Source: a virus (taxonomy: Duplodnaviria; Caudoviricetes). Taken from it: a stretch of 64,000 nucleotides of DNA. Location: positions 16,595-80,594 of IMG/VR virus record IMGVR_UViG_3300028887_000102; one strand, given 5' to 3'. A program made the position numbers and the translations under genes. Below the pieces are notes generated by a model. It saw only the letters and a list, made by a program, of their open reading frames with translations, made no database searches and was not told the origin of the DNA. Within the stretch, counting starts at the first letter, position 1. The number at the start of each line of letters is the position of its first letter. Of the stretch, positions 18,654-27,983 are shown one piece after another.

Positions 18654-20441
18654 ATGGATTCTTGTAGTTTAACTTTTTGCAAAAAAAAGAAAGGGCGTCC
18701 AAAGGGCATCACAACGACACGAAGCGGATGCAAGGACATAACACCTTATAGCGTACCTTTTAAAGATTCCTGCAACATATCGCAATTACCCCTAAAAGGC
18801 AAACAGAATTTGCCTATTCTCAAGAGACGCTTGCAAGGCAAGTTTAAGGGTCAATTCCGTAATATTCTTGGGCAACTTTGTATGGTGGTGGACTATGCCC
18901 GGTCGGTACATACACGTGTATCTTCCGATGGTGTAGCCCATTCTTTTTTTATTTCTTGTACTAACAAGACCTTGGCGGCTTGGTTCGGTATGGAACTGCA
19001 ATCCGTCTGGGCGGCACAACTCATCAATCGCAGATTGTGGGATTTGATGGAATTGGGAGTGCTTATTGCCGCGGATAACGGAGTGTGGCACTCTCCATTT
19101 GAAGACGAACCGAAAGCCCGGAGTTATTTCCTTGATGATGGGTTCGCCAAGAGCTTGATTTCCTTGGCTAAAAAGGAAGGTGTCTTGCCCGAATGCCGAT
19201 GGGTTTTAACACCGGTCACGGAAGAACAAGGGCGAAAAGCCGTTGTGAAAGCCGAGAAGATGGCGAAGAAGTCAAAGACCTTTGCGGAGTTCTTAAACCG
19301 TCTTCGCAAGAATTGTGTGTCCGGCAAGAATGTGATGGTTTATCGCAGAACTTACGGCAGGGGTATGGGATTGAACACCAAGGAATTTTGGCATCTTGTG
19401 AACGGCTTGTACCGCGAAGCATCCCCTTGGTATAATGACCTTGAGAAAGACATCCGTACCCTTAATTCTTATGATGAGAACCAAGGCGAATGGGCTTATA
19501 GCGGAGATATGAATGTCAAGGTCACGAATAGCAATTTCGTGTCCGGGATGTCGTTCCGTGTGAACACAAGGCTTTGTGGGATGAAAGCCCACAATGGTTC
19601 TAGGGGTAAGAAGAAAGGTTCGGATAGGGATAAGGAACTTGTTAAGGATTTGGGCAGGGATTACCTAACTTACGATTTCCATGCAAGTATCTTGAGCCTT
19701 ACAAGAGCCGTGCATCGTGGCATCTGGACAAAGCCCACAACGGACATCTACGATGAATTGTATATGCAGATGAACGGCTGCCGTATTCCTAACGGATATG
19801 CCCGAAAGAAGTTCAAGAAAGAAATTCTTTCATCATATATGCCGTTGTCACTTGACCAAGCCGTGAACTATGCATATCGCAGAGAAGTGGATGCTCTTAC
19901 GGAATCCTTGGCCGGCTGGGTTTACGGAGACAAGTTATTCGCACCCCATAGCATCAAGGGTAAGGGCAAGTTGATTCAAAAGGCTAAAAGCCGTTTTTGC
20001 GAAGATGGCGAAAGACTCATTATGAGTTATTCCATCGCAAAGAACCTTGAGAATCTTATGGGCAAGGGCAAGGCTGATTTTAATGGGTCTTCAAGAGAGC
20101 GTCTTTCGGGAATCCACGATGCTATTGTGGAAACCGTGGGCGCTCCTTTTGGTTCGGTTATATTTGAGTTTGAGTCTTGCTTGGTCACAAGGCTTTGTCT
20201 TGAACTCCGCAAGGTTCTTGGTTGTAAGGTTCGTAATGTCTTTGATGCCGTGTATATCCCGAATACCGATAAGTGTGGAAACGAGATAGACTTGAAGACT
20301 CTTGTTGAAGATACCTTGATGCCGAAGATTTTTGCAGAGTTCCATAAGAAGTGGAAGAATGCAATTCAAAGAAGAATCGACCTAGCCACCGAACGACTTG
20401 AGAAGTGGCCGGTCATCCATAAGTACCGTATGGCGATGTAG
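18654..20441 (+). CDS. Protein with a winged-helix-like N-terminus and a family A polymerase-like palm
   Basis: YLTYDFHASIL (motif A-like), ARKKFKKEIL (motif B-like), FEFES...VRNVFDAVY (motif C-like); N-terminal KKKGRPKG. Confidence 0.5.
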   Translation: MDSCSLTFCKKKKGRPKGITTTRSGCKDITPYSVPFKDSCNISQLPLKGKQNLPILKRRLQGKFKGQFRNILGQLCMVVDYARSVHTRVSSDGVAHSFFISCTNKTLAAWFGMELQSVWAAQLINRRLWDLMELGVLIAADNGVWHSPFEDEPKARSYFLDDGFAKSLISLAKKEGVLPECRWVLTPVTEEQGRKAVVKAEKMAKKSKTFAEFLNRLRKNCVSGKNVMVYRRTYGRGMGLNTKEFWHLVNGLYREASPWYNDLEKDIRTLNSYDENQGEWAYSGDMNVKVTNSNFVSGMSFRVNTRLCGMKAHNGSRGKKKGSDRDKELVKDLGRDYLTYDFHASILSLTRAVHRGIWTKPTTDIYDELYMQMNGCRIPNGYARKKFKKEILSSYMPLSLDQAVNYAYRREVDALTESLAGWVYGDKLFAPHSIKGKGKLIQKAKSRFCEDGERLIMSYSIAKNLENLMGKGKADFNGSSRERLSGIHDAIVETVGAPFGSVIFEFESCLVTRLCLELRKVLGCKVRNVFDAVYIPNTDKCGNEIDLKTLVEDTLMPKIFAEFHKKWKNAIQRRIDLATERLEKWPVIHKYRMAM

Positions 20442-20485
20442 TCCGTATATTGGATAGGTACAATAAATAAAGGAAACCAACTATT

Positions 20486-20851
20486 ATGGCACACAAGAAA
20501 GCACCTAAAGTGACTCCCGAATCTGCAAAGCTCAACTATGAAGCATTCATAACCGAAAAGGCACAAGAGTTTTCCCCGATGCTCCATGATGCATTTCCTA
20601 CGGAATCTTCATTGCTAATCGCCATCGACAACACGACACGATTTTTGCAGACTGCAAACGATACTATGCCGGGTAAGGTCACGGCAGAATACTTTATCTT
20701 GCACGGCCCATTGTCCAATTACCCGGACCAGACATTCGCATTACTCTTGCTTTTCGTAGCCACCGGTGTTTTCCGAAATACCGATGCCAATGACAAGGCG
20801 TTCAAACTTTCGGATGCCGCCAAGTGGCTTTATTTCCCGAAGAAAGAATAG
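20486..20851 (+). CDS. Hypothetical protein
   Basis: AAAGGA RBS; 121 aa. Confidence 0.7.
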   Translation: MAHKKAPKVTPESAKLNYEAFITEKAQEFSPMLHDAFPTESSLLIAIDNTTRFLQTANDTMPGKVTAEYFILHGPLSNYPDQTFALLLLFVATGVFRNTDANDKAFKLSDAAKWLYFPKKE

Positions 20852-20885
20852 TTAAAAAAATATTTAAAATTTTTACAAAATTCTC

Positions 20886-20914
20886 TTGACATCTCTTTGA
20901 TATTTAGTTATATT
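20886..20914 (+). promoter_or_regulatory. Sigma70-type promoter, copy 3
   Basis: TTGACA-tctctttgatatttagt-TATATT. Confidence 0.85.
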
Positions 20915-20939
20915 GTATAACGACAATCAAGGAGATGTT

Positions 20940-21377
20940 ATGGCAAAAAAATTAAAAGATGCCTTGAAACAACGGGAATCCAAACTTGTTCTTAATGAAA
21001 GATGCCCCAGTTTTTATAAGTCAAATTCGGAATTGAAATCAAAGATTGATTCCCAAGTTAAGTCTGTATTGTCCAAGACCGAAATTCAAGCAAGGGCAGA
21101 AGCCGAAGCGGAACATATTAGCAAGTTCGTGGTTAATGAACTCAAGAAGTTTCTTAAAGATATGGGCGTGTCTCTTGTTCTGAATAAGAACTTTAATAAA
21201 CTCTATGTCTTGCCCAATATGTTTAGTATCGTTAGTGGCTCCGGTAAAGAACCCGATGGTACTGCATTCTTGAAACTTGATAAGCATTTTGAATCCATTG
21301 ACATCTATTCGGAGTATGACCCCGATTACGATAAGGTTGTTAAGTACCCACCGGTTGAAAGGGGGAATCGCGTATGA
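20940..21377 (+). CDS. Hypothetical protein
   Basis: AAGGAG RBS. Confidence 0.7.
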   Translation: MAKKLKDALKQRESKLVLNERCPSFYKSNSELKSKIDSQVKSVLSKTEIQARAEAEAEHISKFVVNELKKFLKDMGVSLVLNKNFNKLYVLPNMFSIVSGSGKEPDGTAFLKLDKHFESIDIYSEYDPDYDKVVKYPPVERGNRV

Positions 21378-21604
21378 TGCCGTATATCTATATTACCACT
21401 TTCTCTAATAAGGAAATCTTCGGAATATTTGTTCAAATTTCTATTGATGACGATGGTAAGAGTTCCATCCAAGTTGGTTCTACCACTATACCCTGCAATG
21501 ACATCAAGTCGTTCGAGACGGAAAATTATAAGAAAGAATGGATTGTTGAAAGGGAAGATGGGTATGACCAGTATAGTGCCATATTGAATGCCTTGAGGTG
21601 CTAA
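21374..21604 (+). CDS. Hypothetical protein
   Basis: ATGA overlap with the upstream gene. Confidence 0.6.
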   Translation: MMPYIYITTFSNKEIFGIFVQISIDDDGKSSIQVGSTTIPCNDIKSFETENYKKEWIVEREDGYDQYSAILNALRC

Positions 21605-22074
21605 TGATTAAACTTGAAGATTATAAGAAGATTTGTGCATCCAAGGGTCTTGTACTTACGGATGTATCGGGGGAATCCGATTGGTTCTATGGTTATGCTA
21701 AAGACCCCTTTAACGATAAACCCGTTGCTATCACATATTATCAAAAGTCACTAGAAGCAAAGTACGCTTCAATCTGCGTGTATATGCCTACTTGGTTATC
21801 AAGGTGGTCTCATTTTGACGATAGGCGATTTAATGATGATATAACCGAAGAAGACTTTGCTACCGCTTTGGATAATGCACTTACTACTCTTGATAAGATT
21901 AAGCAAGTTTTAGATGGTCAAACCATTACATTCAAGCAACTCCATGAATTGTATGTCCAGTATGAAGCATCATCTAGTGATACACCTATCTTTATGGAGA
22001 CATCCGTAAGGTCTTTATTGCAGATTTTGAAAACGAATGCTGGTCGTTATTCATTAAACAAAAACAACCCATAA
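21604..22074 (+). CDS. Hypothetical protein
   Basis: TAATG overlap; GAGG RBS. Confidence 0.65.
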   Translation: MIKLEDYKKICASKGLVLTDVSGESDWFYGYAKDPFNDKPVAITYYQKSLEAKYASICVYMPTWLSRWSHFDDRRFNDDITEEDFATALDNALTTLDKIKQVLDGQTITFKQLHELYVQYEASSSDTPIFMETSVRSLLQILKTNAGRYSLNKNNP

Positions 22075-22094
22075 ACATAAAGGAAAAACAAACA

Positions 22095-22652
22095 ATGAAA
22101 AAAGCAATCATTTATACTGGGGCAATCTTTGTCCTTATTGGTCTCACCGCGCTTGTCTGCGTCTTTGGTGTCCAGAGTTCGCAGAACTCCGCAATCGCAA
22201 AGGAACAACTTGTGGAAAGTTCCTTGTCGGATTTGAACGCGGAATACAACCGCCGTTCGGGTCTTCTTGTGAACTTGGCAGAAGCCGTCAAGTCTTATGA
22301 TGAACACGAATCCGAAGTCATCGTGAAGTTGTCCGAAGCACGCACAACTGCGGATGGTGGCGATGTTAATGCATCCGCATACATAAAAGCGGTTGTGGAA
22401 CGATACCCACAACTCCGTTCGGTTGAGAATTATGATAGGTATATGACGGAGCTTTCGATGACGGAGAATCGCATATCTTCGCATCGTAAGTATTACAATA
22501 CAACGGTTAGGGATTATACCCGATATGTCCGCAGTTTCCCGACACGAATTTTCCTTTCGTTTTTGGGTTATCAAGTTCAAGATTATTCATACCTTGAATT
22601 TAAAAATGCCCCCGTTGATGCTCCCACTGGTCTCTTGAAAAAGGATAAGTAA
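22095..22652 (+). CDS. lemA: LemA family protein
   Basis: N-terminal TM; RRSGLLVNLAEAVKSY.EHE; YPQLRS.ENY; TENRIS..RKYYNTTVRDY....FP. Confidence 0.85.
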   Translation: MKKAIIYTGAIFVLIGLTALVCVFGVQSSQNSAIAKEQLVESSLSDLNAEYNRRSGLLVNLAEAVKSYDEHESEVIVKLSEARTTADGGDVNASAYIKAVVERYPQLRSVENYDRYMTELSMTENRISSHRKYYNTTVRDYTRYVRSFPTRIFLSFLGYQVQDYSYLEFKNAPVDAPTGLLKKDK

Positions 22653-22653
22653 T

Positions 22654-22980
22654 ATGCAAGTCTCTGGGGATAGACAATATTATTTCAAGTGTATCGACCG
22701 CTTGCTAGGTCTTGCAGAGTCTAGCAAGCTCCCGGTAAAGGGCTATGCATTTGTTGAAAAGGTTTCTTCCGATTCTAAAGAATCTCATTGCTTTGCTTAT
22801 GTCCAATTTCAGTTTGGTACGGAAACCGATACTGTTATGGCATTCAAGACTCAAGCCCAGAAATGTTTTCGCAATATGCATCTTACCATTGGAACGACCG
22901 GCAATGATACGGAGCATAAGATGTATAGGTCGATTTTTATGGAATATATTCCCCAAAGACGAAACATTCGTAGGAGATAA
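22654..22980 (+). CDS. Hypothetical protein
   Basis: Tightly packed between lemA and the membrane protein gene. Confidence 0.6.
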   Translation: MQVSGDRQYYFKCIDRLLGLAESSKLPVKGYAFVEKVSSDSKESHCFAYVQFQFGTETDTVMAFKTQAQKCFRNMHLTIGTTGNDTEHKMYRSIFMEYIPQRRNIRRR

Positions 22981-22982
22981 TT

Positions 22983-23753
22983 ATGTACCCATATCGTAGC
23001 ACACCGGATTTTGAAGTCACAAAACGAGAAGTCTATGTGTCCTTTATTGGCTTGTGCATCGCTATCATCATCGGGTTTTGCATAGCCACGGCAATTCAAA
23101 ACCACCAGGATGAATGCAATCGCAAATACCAGCAAGCCGTACAACTTGCGGATAGCACTCAATTCAATTATGCCTTTAAAACAGATGCGGGGCATACCTT
23201 GGCTTATGGCACGGTATCTGCCGTTGGTTCGGTTTCCGATGGTAAGGTGGGTCCATATATGTCGATTCATCGTAGGCTAGAAGAATACACCAAGCATTAT
23301 CGTACAGTTTGTTCTGGCGAGGGTAAGAATCGGCAATGCCATACCGAAAGTTATTGGACTTGGGATTATCGCAGTAGCAAGGATTGGTGTGTTAGTCATC
23401 TGCGATTTCTTGGTAGGACATTTAGGTTTTCGGAGTTCGCATCGCTTCCGGGGGAGATGTATGTATCTACCGATAACTTTGCGTACCACAAGCGATATGT
23501 GTATTTTGCAAGACCCCTGCAATATACCGGCACTCTCTATGGCAATATCGTAGGACACGGATTGTATGACCCAGAGTTCAAGGATAATGTTGGCTTGGAT
23601 TCCGCAGTAGATGCTTTCTCGTCAAAGTATGGTGTGGTTATATTCTGGGTTGTGTTTGTTATCGTGGTTGGTATTGTAATCATTGTATTTGTTGCCGCAG
23701 AAAATAGATGGCTCAATGGTAGCAGACACGATACATCTAGGGATTGGCTATGA
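22983..23753 (+). CDS. Two-TM membrane protein
   Basis: Hydrophobic segments near both termini; TAGGAG RBS. Confidence 0.75.
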   Translation: MYPYRSTPDFEVTKREVYVSFIGLCIAIIIGFCIATAIQNHQDECNRKYQQAVQLADSTQFNYAFKTDAGHTLAYGTVSAVGSVSDGKVGPYMSIHRRLEEYTKHYRTVCSGEGKNRQCHTESYWTWDYRSSKDWCVSHLRFLGRTFRFSEFASLPGEMYVSTDNFAYHKRYVYFARPLQYTGTLYGNIVGHGLYDPEFKDNVGLDSAVDAFSSKYGVVIFWVVFVIVVGIVIIVFVAAENRWLNGSRHDTSRDWL

Positions 23754-23956
23754 AATGGCTTTATGTCTTGTTGCATAAATCGCAATGTTATGATAGCATT
23801 CTAGGTATCTTCGAGACTAGGGATGATGCCAAAGATGCTATCCCAATATGCATAAAGAAATTGCCGTGGAAACGAAAGTCCGATTATATCATTCATAGGA
23901 ACGCATTGGGTACATTGTCTAACTGGATTCTTAAACTAAAAGGAACAAAAAAATGA
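23750..23956 (+). CDS. Hypothetical protein
   Basis: ATGA overlap. Confidence 0.55.
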   Translation: MKWLYVLLHKSQCYDSILGIFETRDDAKDAIPICIKKLPWKRKSDYIIHRNALGTLSNWILKLKGTKK

Positions 23957-24213
23957 ATCACGGATATATCTATTTTATTACCGCTAGTGTCCGTCATCAT
24001 ATTTTCTTTGAAAAGAAATTTATTGGTGCTGGCGAAACTCCTAAACAAGCATACGAAGATTTGAAGCCGAAGATTCCGCAGGGCTTGGAAAAGAAAGCAA
24101 CTTATACGGAATACTTGCATCCGGCAGATGGTGCTTACAATCGTTCCCGGTTGCACAAGCATCGGACATTAAACTATATTGAGATTGAAGAACAATCAAA
24201 GAAGTGGGATTGA
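23953..24213 (+). CDS. Hypothetical protein
   Basis: AAGGA RBS; ATGA overlap. Confidence 0.6.
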   Translation: MNHGYIYFITASVRHHIFFEKKFIGAGETPKQAYEDLKPKIPQGLEKKATYTEYLHPADGAYNRSRLHKHRTLNYIEIEEQSKKWD

Positions 24214-24216
24214 CCT

Positions 24217-24582
24217 ATGGAAAAGAGTTTGATGAATGACATTATGGCCGTTGCCGCCGAAACTTGCCATTGCAATGTAGAAGACCTTTCGGATGGCTTT
24301 CATTCGTTCAAGGATTTGTACAAGCAACGCCTTTATCTTTCGGCTGCACTTGTGAATGCTTATCCCGAAAAGTCTTGGAAGTCTTGGCTTGACGAGAATG
24401 GCGAACCTTGGTTCAATGGCGATGGCTGGTTCTTGGTATGCATTGAAACCCCTGCCGGACCCTATTCATATCATTATGAAGAAAAGGACTGGGATTTGTT
24501 TAAGTGCAAGGAACTTGAACGAGCAAAGCCTTATGATGGGCATACATCCGAAGATGTACCAAGGCTTATGTCTTTGGCATAA
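24217..24582 (+). CDS. Conserved phage protein (SDGFHSF...YDGHT; WDGH-like)
   Basis: LSDGFHSFKDLY..R, GWFLVCIETPAGPYSYHY and PYDGHTSEDV motifs. Confidence 0.7.
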   Translation: MEKSLMNDIMAVAAETCHCNVEDLSDGFHSFKDLYKQRLYLSAALVNAYPEKSWKSWLDENGEPWFNGDGWFLVCIETPAGPYSYHYEEKDWDLFKCKELERAKPYDGHTSEDVPRLMSLA

Positions 24583-24741
24583 TCGGATAATTTACCGGTT
24601 TTAGATGGCGATTTTGTAGAATTTCTGCAAAATTCGCCTTTTTGTTTACATAAATAGTGGTTTTATACGATAATACTTGAGAGTCGCGTTTGTTTTTTCT
24701 TTTGGATATATTACATTTATGCTAAACAAAGGAGTTTCACA

Positions 24742-25971
24742 ATGATTATCGACCTCATCCTTGACCGCTATGATGGCGATGCCTATGACCCTAAAGAATT
24801 TTATGATATGGTCATGGAATACGAAGAAGGCACGGATTATCCAATTTCTACCGCCTTGGATGGTGGCGAAGAAGAAGATATTCGCCGTGAACTTTGTGCC
24901 TACATTGATGACGGCAACTACAACCCGAAGATTAAGGATTTTATCAATTCCGTCAAGTGGCTTGATGGCGATGACGGAAAGGATTATAGCAAAGTGTTAA
25001 ATATCCTTGGGGAATCCAAGAAGCGCTTTGAATGCTCTATGCAGAAAAGAGTGGAATCCTTTAAGAAGAATGAAGCGGCATTCTTGGATGGCTCTATGTC
25101 CAATGCGGAATTTATGAGCAAGATTGTGGATAATGCTCCGAATAGTCTTGTTTTTAACAAGAACAACGATTCTTCAAAGAATACATACACCATTTCTGCA
25201 AATCCCGATTTTGGTAAGAGTTCCAGACACACTCTTATTGGTCTTAATGCCGATGGTGACAAGTATGAAGTGTACACATCCTTGTATAACAATGATGCTA
25301 TGACCAATCCGAGAGCCGGCAAGAGTTTCGTATTTAAGGTCGGCTCTGATTGGAACACCTTTATTACTATGGTAAAGGAACTTTTCGGATTTGTGGGCGA
25401 TTATATCAAGCGTGGTTCTCAAAAGGAATCCAAGAAGTCCGAAAGCTCCGATGAGCAGATTGAACACGGCGATTCTTGCCACATCTTCATTGAAGACGAA
25501 CCGAATTTCCAAGTAAGTTTCCGTGACGAAAACGATAAGGAATACACTTTCTATGTGAATGCCGAAAATGTGGATTCCGCTATTGATAGTGCTTATCACG
25601 AATTTTCGTTGAACCACGGTCTTTCTATTAAGGGCGAAGTTTATCTTGAAGATGACATCCCGGCTGGCGAACGCAATAATTACATCGAAGTCAATACGAA
25701 TTATGCCCCGAAAGTAAATATCGCGGCAGACCCTTACGATGGCTCCGGTATTCGTGTCACGCGAGTTCCCGATTATCTTTTGCCCGCATTTGTTAATGGC
25801 GATACAAGTGGTCTTGAAGACGAAGACCTTAATTCTTTGGAAGAACTTGAAAAGGAACTTGAAGCCGAGGGCATCAATCCATCTCTTACATTCCCGGTGT
25901 GCGGTCCAGATGGCGAATACTGGGATAATGATGAGTTTGGGGATGGCGTTCTTTGCTCTGCAAGAGTCTAA
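24742..25971 (+). CDS. Acidic modular protein with ES linkers (second putative packaged polyprotein)
   Basis: 409 aa; GESKKRFE (91), VESFKKNEA (105), KESKKSES (229). Confidence 0.8.
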   Translation: MIIDLILDRYDGDAYDPKEFYDMVMEYEEGTDYPISTALDGGEEEDIRRELCAYIDDGNYNPKIKDFINSVKWLDGDDGKDYSKVLNILGESKKRFECSMQKRVESFKKNEAAFLDGSMSNAEFMSKIVDNAPNSLVFNKNNDSSKNTYTISANPDFGKSSRHTLIGLNADGDKYEVYTSLYNNDAMTNPRAGKSFVFKVGSDWNTFITMVKELFGFVGDYIKRGSQKESKKSESSDEQIEHGDSCHIFIEDEPNFQVSFRDENDKEYTFYVNAENVDSAIDSAYHEFSLNHGLSIKGEVYLEDDIPAGERNNYIEVNTNYAPKVNIAADPYDGSGIRVTRVPDYLLPAFVNGDTSGLEDEDLNSLEELEKELEAEGINPSLTFPVCGPDGEYWDNDEFGDGVLCSARV

Positions 25972-25986
25972 ATAGGAGACAACGAT

Positions 25987-26382
25987 ATGTCCGAACAAGA
26001 ACTTAAAGATTACATCGTGAATAACGAAGATGCTTTTGGCTCTCTCGTTGAAACCTATGGCGAAGAATATTTGCAGGAAAACCAGCCCGATGACCAAGTG
26101 TTCCCGATGGATGATGAATCCATCCGTATCGCTTGTGGCGATGATTGCCTTAATGCCATTACACGTGCTTTCTTCGGTGGAAGATATAATTTCCCGCAGG
26201 ATTCGTTTAATCCCAATGACGAGTTCTTCCACTTGAACGGATATGCCAATCTTGTGTCGATTCAAGATGAATCGGACAAGAATGACTATGTTCGTGAAGC
26301 CATCAACTCTAAAGAAGACTTTGCTTCTTTCTGCGTTGATAATGGCTACTTTACCGAAGAAGATGTTGAATCCGAAGAATAG
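25987..26382 (+). CDS. Highly acidic protein (possible DNA mimic/antirestriction-like)
   Basis: 131 aa, Asp/Glu-rich; FNPNDEFFHLNGYANLVS motif. Confidence 0.6.
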   Translation: MSEQELKDYIVNNEDAFGSLVETYGEEYLQENQPDDQVFPMDDESIRIACGDDCLNAITRAFFGGRYNFPQDSFNPNDEFFHLNGYANLVSIQDESDKNDYVREAINSKEDFASFCVDNGYFTEEDVESEE

Positions 26383-26401
26383 CGATTTTCCATTGCATAG
26401 T

Positions 26402-26436
26402 AAAACCCCAACTACCTATGGTGGTTGGGGTCTTTT
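26402..26436. terminator. Bidirectional terminator between convergent blocks
   Basis: AAAACCCCAACTACC-tat-GGTGGTTGGGGTCTTTT. Confidence 0.85.
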
Positions 26437-26447
26437 ACTATTTGTGG

Positions 26448-26702
26448 CTAGTTCAACCAATCGGGCTTCGGGAATCTATCGGTGTAGGTAATTTCATCCC
26501 GGTCTTGAGTATCAATGTTGTGGGCATCATCCCAATATTTTAAAAGGTTTTCTTCTGCCGGCAGATAGCAGATGATGATGGCTTTCTTCATATCTCCGGT
26601 GTAGCCCGAAATCCAGTACGGCATCTGGATTGTCTTCAAGTCCACAAGGGGTCTTGGGTCTTCTGCGGAATTTGTATAGAAGCGATAGCGTTTGTATTTC
26701 AT
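26448..26702 (-). CDS. Hypothetical protein
   Basis: ATGA overlap with the upstream minus-strand gene. Confidence 0.7.
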   Translation of the reverse strand: MKYKRYRFYTNSAEDPRPLVDLKTIQMPYWISGYTGDMKKAIIICYLPAEENLLKYWDDAHNIDTQDRDEITYTDRFPKPDWLN

Positions 26703-27130
26703 TTGTTTAATTCCTTTTTGTAGTGAGTTGCTATTTGTGTTAATCGTCTTTCTCTTTTATTGAGTCGCATTACTTTTGTCTGCATCTTCGTGTATGCTTT
26801 TAATGTCTCGCTTGGAACCGGATATGCTTCTCTATAAGAATCCATAAGCGATGGGTACTTTCTACGATAACTAGCACATTTTGAATCTAGTACCAACCAA
26901 GCTCGTTTAGTAATGTCTATTAAGTATAGGCATCTCTTGTACTTGTATCGTAAGAGAATCTTTTTGAGTTGTGCGAAAGCGGCATCCGCATCATTGCGAG
27001 TATAGTAATCGCATTCGTCAAGATGGCGAATATCTACATCCCCTGCAACCCTTTCGACTTGCTCACAAGACCAATAGATTCTTTCGGGTGTGTAGATTTC
27101 AAGTTTATCGCAGAGCATTGGATTTTCCAT
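26699..27130 (-). CDS. Paralog family, class B (YKYKRCL)
   Basis: CDKLE...YYTRNDADAAFAQL...RYKYKRCL. Confidence 0.7.
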   Translation of the reverse strand: MENPMLCDKLEIYTPERIYWSCEQVERVAGDVDIRHLDECDYYTRNDADAAFAQLKKILLRYKYKRCLYLIDITKRAWLVLDSKCASYRRKYPSLMDSYREAYPVPSETLKAYTKMQTKVMRLNKRERRLTQIATHYKKELNK

Positions 27131-27567
27131 TATTCGTAGTTCTTCGCTTTTTCCCTACACTTATGTTCAACGACACGCATCTTCTCTGCAAAGTCATAGC
27201 ATTTCTTTGACATCTCCACATTGCCGTTGTGCAAGTGGGTCATAGATAGATTGTGATATTGATTAGACATATCCCTTGCACGGATTGCTCTTGTTATCCA
27301 GAGTGTGTGTTGCACTACATCTATCTTTTGTCTATAATGGAAAGCAATACCATACGCCATTTTTTCGGATTTATAATATCGCTCAAGTTGCGATACTAAT
27401 GTGTGGTTGTCATCCACAAGTTCCTTGATGGCTTCATCCGCATCTTTCTTTGGATAGAACTCCCCGGTCACAACAACGATATTGTCATTGGATGGCTTAT
27501 CGCTCTTGATTGATTCCGCTGGAACTTGGTATTGTGCCGTGATTGAATGTAATTCTTGGAATTTCAT
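27130..27567 (-). CDS. Paralog family, class A (LW..RA.RA...VE.KC.EKA)
   Basis: FYPKKDADEAIKEL; TLWITRAIRAR; VVEHKCREKAKNY. Confidence 0.7.
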   Translation of the reverse strand: MKFQELHSITAQYQVPAESIKSDKPSNDNIVVVTGEFYPKKDADEAIKELVDDNHTLVSQLERYYKSEKMAYGIAFHYRQKIDVVQHTLWITRAIRARDMSNQYHNLSMTHLHNGNVEMSKKCYDFAEKMRVVEHKCREKAKNYE

Positions 27568-27574
27568 AATGTAC

Positions 27575-27826
27575 CTACTTGTATGTTTCGGCTTTCTTAT
27601 GGCAGATGTCTTCTACCTTGTTGAACTTGTCTGCCCACTTGAAATTATCCTTGTATTCCAAGCGATGCATCCATACCCTAGACCAAGCATCCGCATTGCT
27701 TGCTCTAGTGAGAAACAAGGCGTGGTTCATAGTCTTAATTATTTCATCTACCTTTTCTGCCGGGTAGTAAAGTTTATCGCCATCGGGGGTGCTAATCGTG
27801 ACCGGTTTCAAATCTTCAAAAATCAT
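27575..27826 (-). CDS. Paralog family, class A
   Basis: YYPAEKVDEII; ALFLTRASNA; KVEDICHKKAETY. Confidence 0.7.
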   Translation of the reverse strand: MIFEDLKPVTISTPDGDKLYYPAEKVDEIIKTMNHALFLTRASNADAWSRVWMHRLEYKDNFKWADKFNKVEDICHKKAETYK

Positions 27827-27975
27827 TTAGCCATCCTTTCGTAGCAATCTTTGCAGACCATAACAAGTTTGCCACGCTTTGTTTTAGTTATTATGGAGTT
27901 CTGGCGATATGTAATGCTTTTGCACTTGTAGCATTTGATTTCGTTAGCCTTACGGCATCTTTCTTCAAATGTCAT
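27823..27975 (-). CDS. 50-aa zinc-finger microprotein
   Basis: IKCYKCKS...MVCKDCYER; ATGA overlap. Confidence 0.55.
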   Translation of the reverse strand: MTFEERCRKANEIKCYKCKSITYRQNSIITKTKRGKLVMVCKDCYERMAK

Positions 27976-27983
27976 TATCTGTT

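Noticed and set aside
5230-24720. Possible late promoter, a T-run followed by TATATT (about 5230, 9362, 24694)
   Set aside because: Spacing is inconsistent, one case is a terminator tail, and the motif is too AT-rich to separate from chance.
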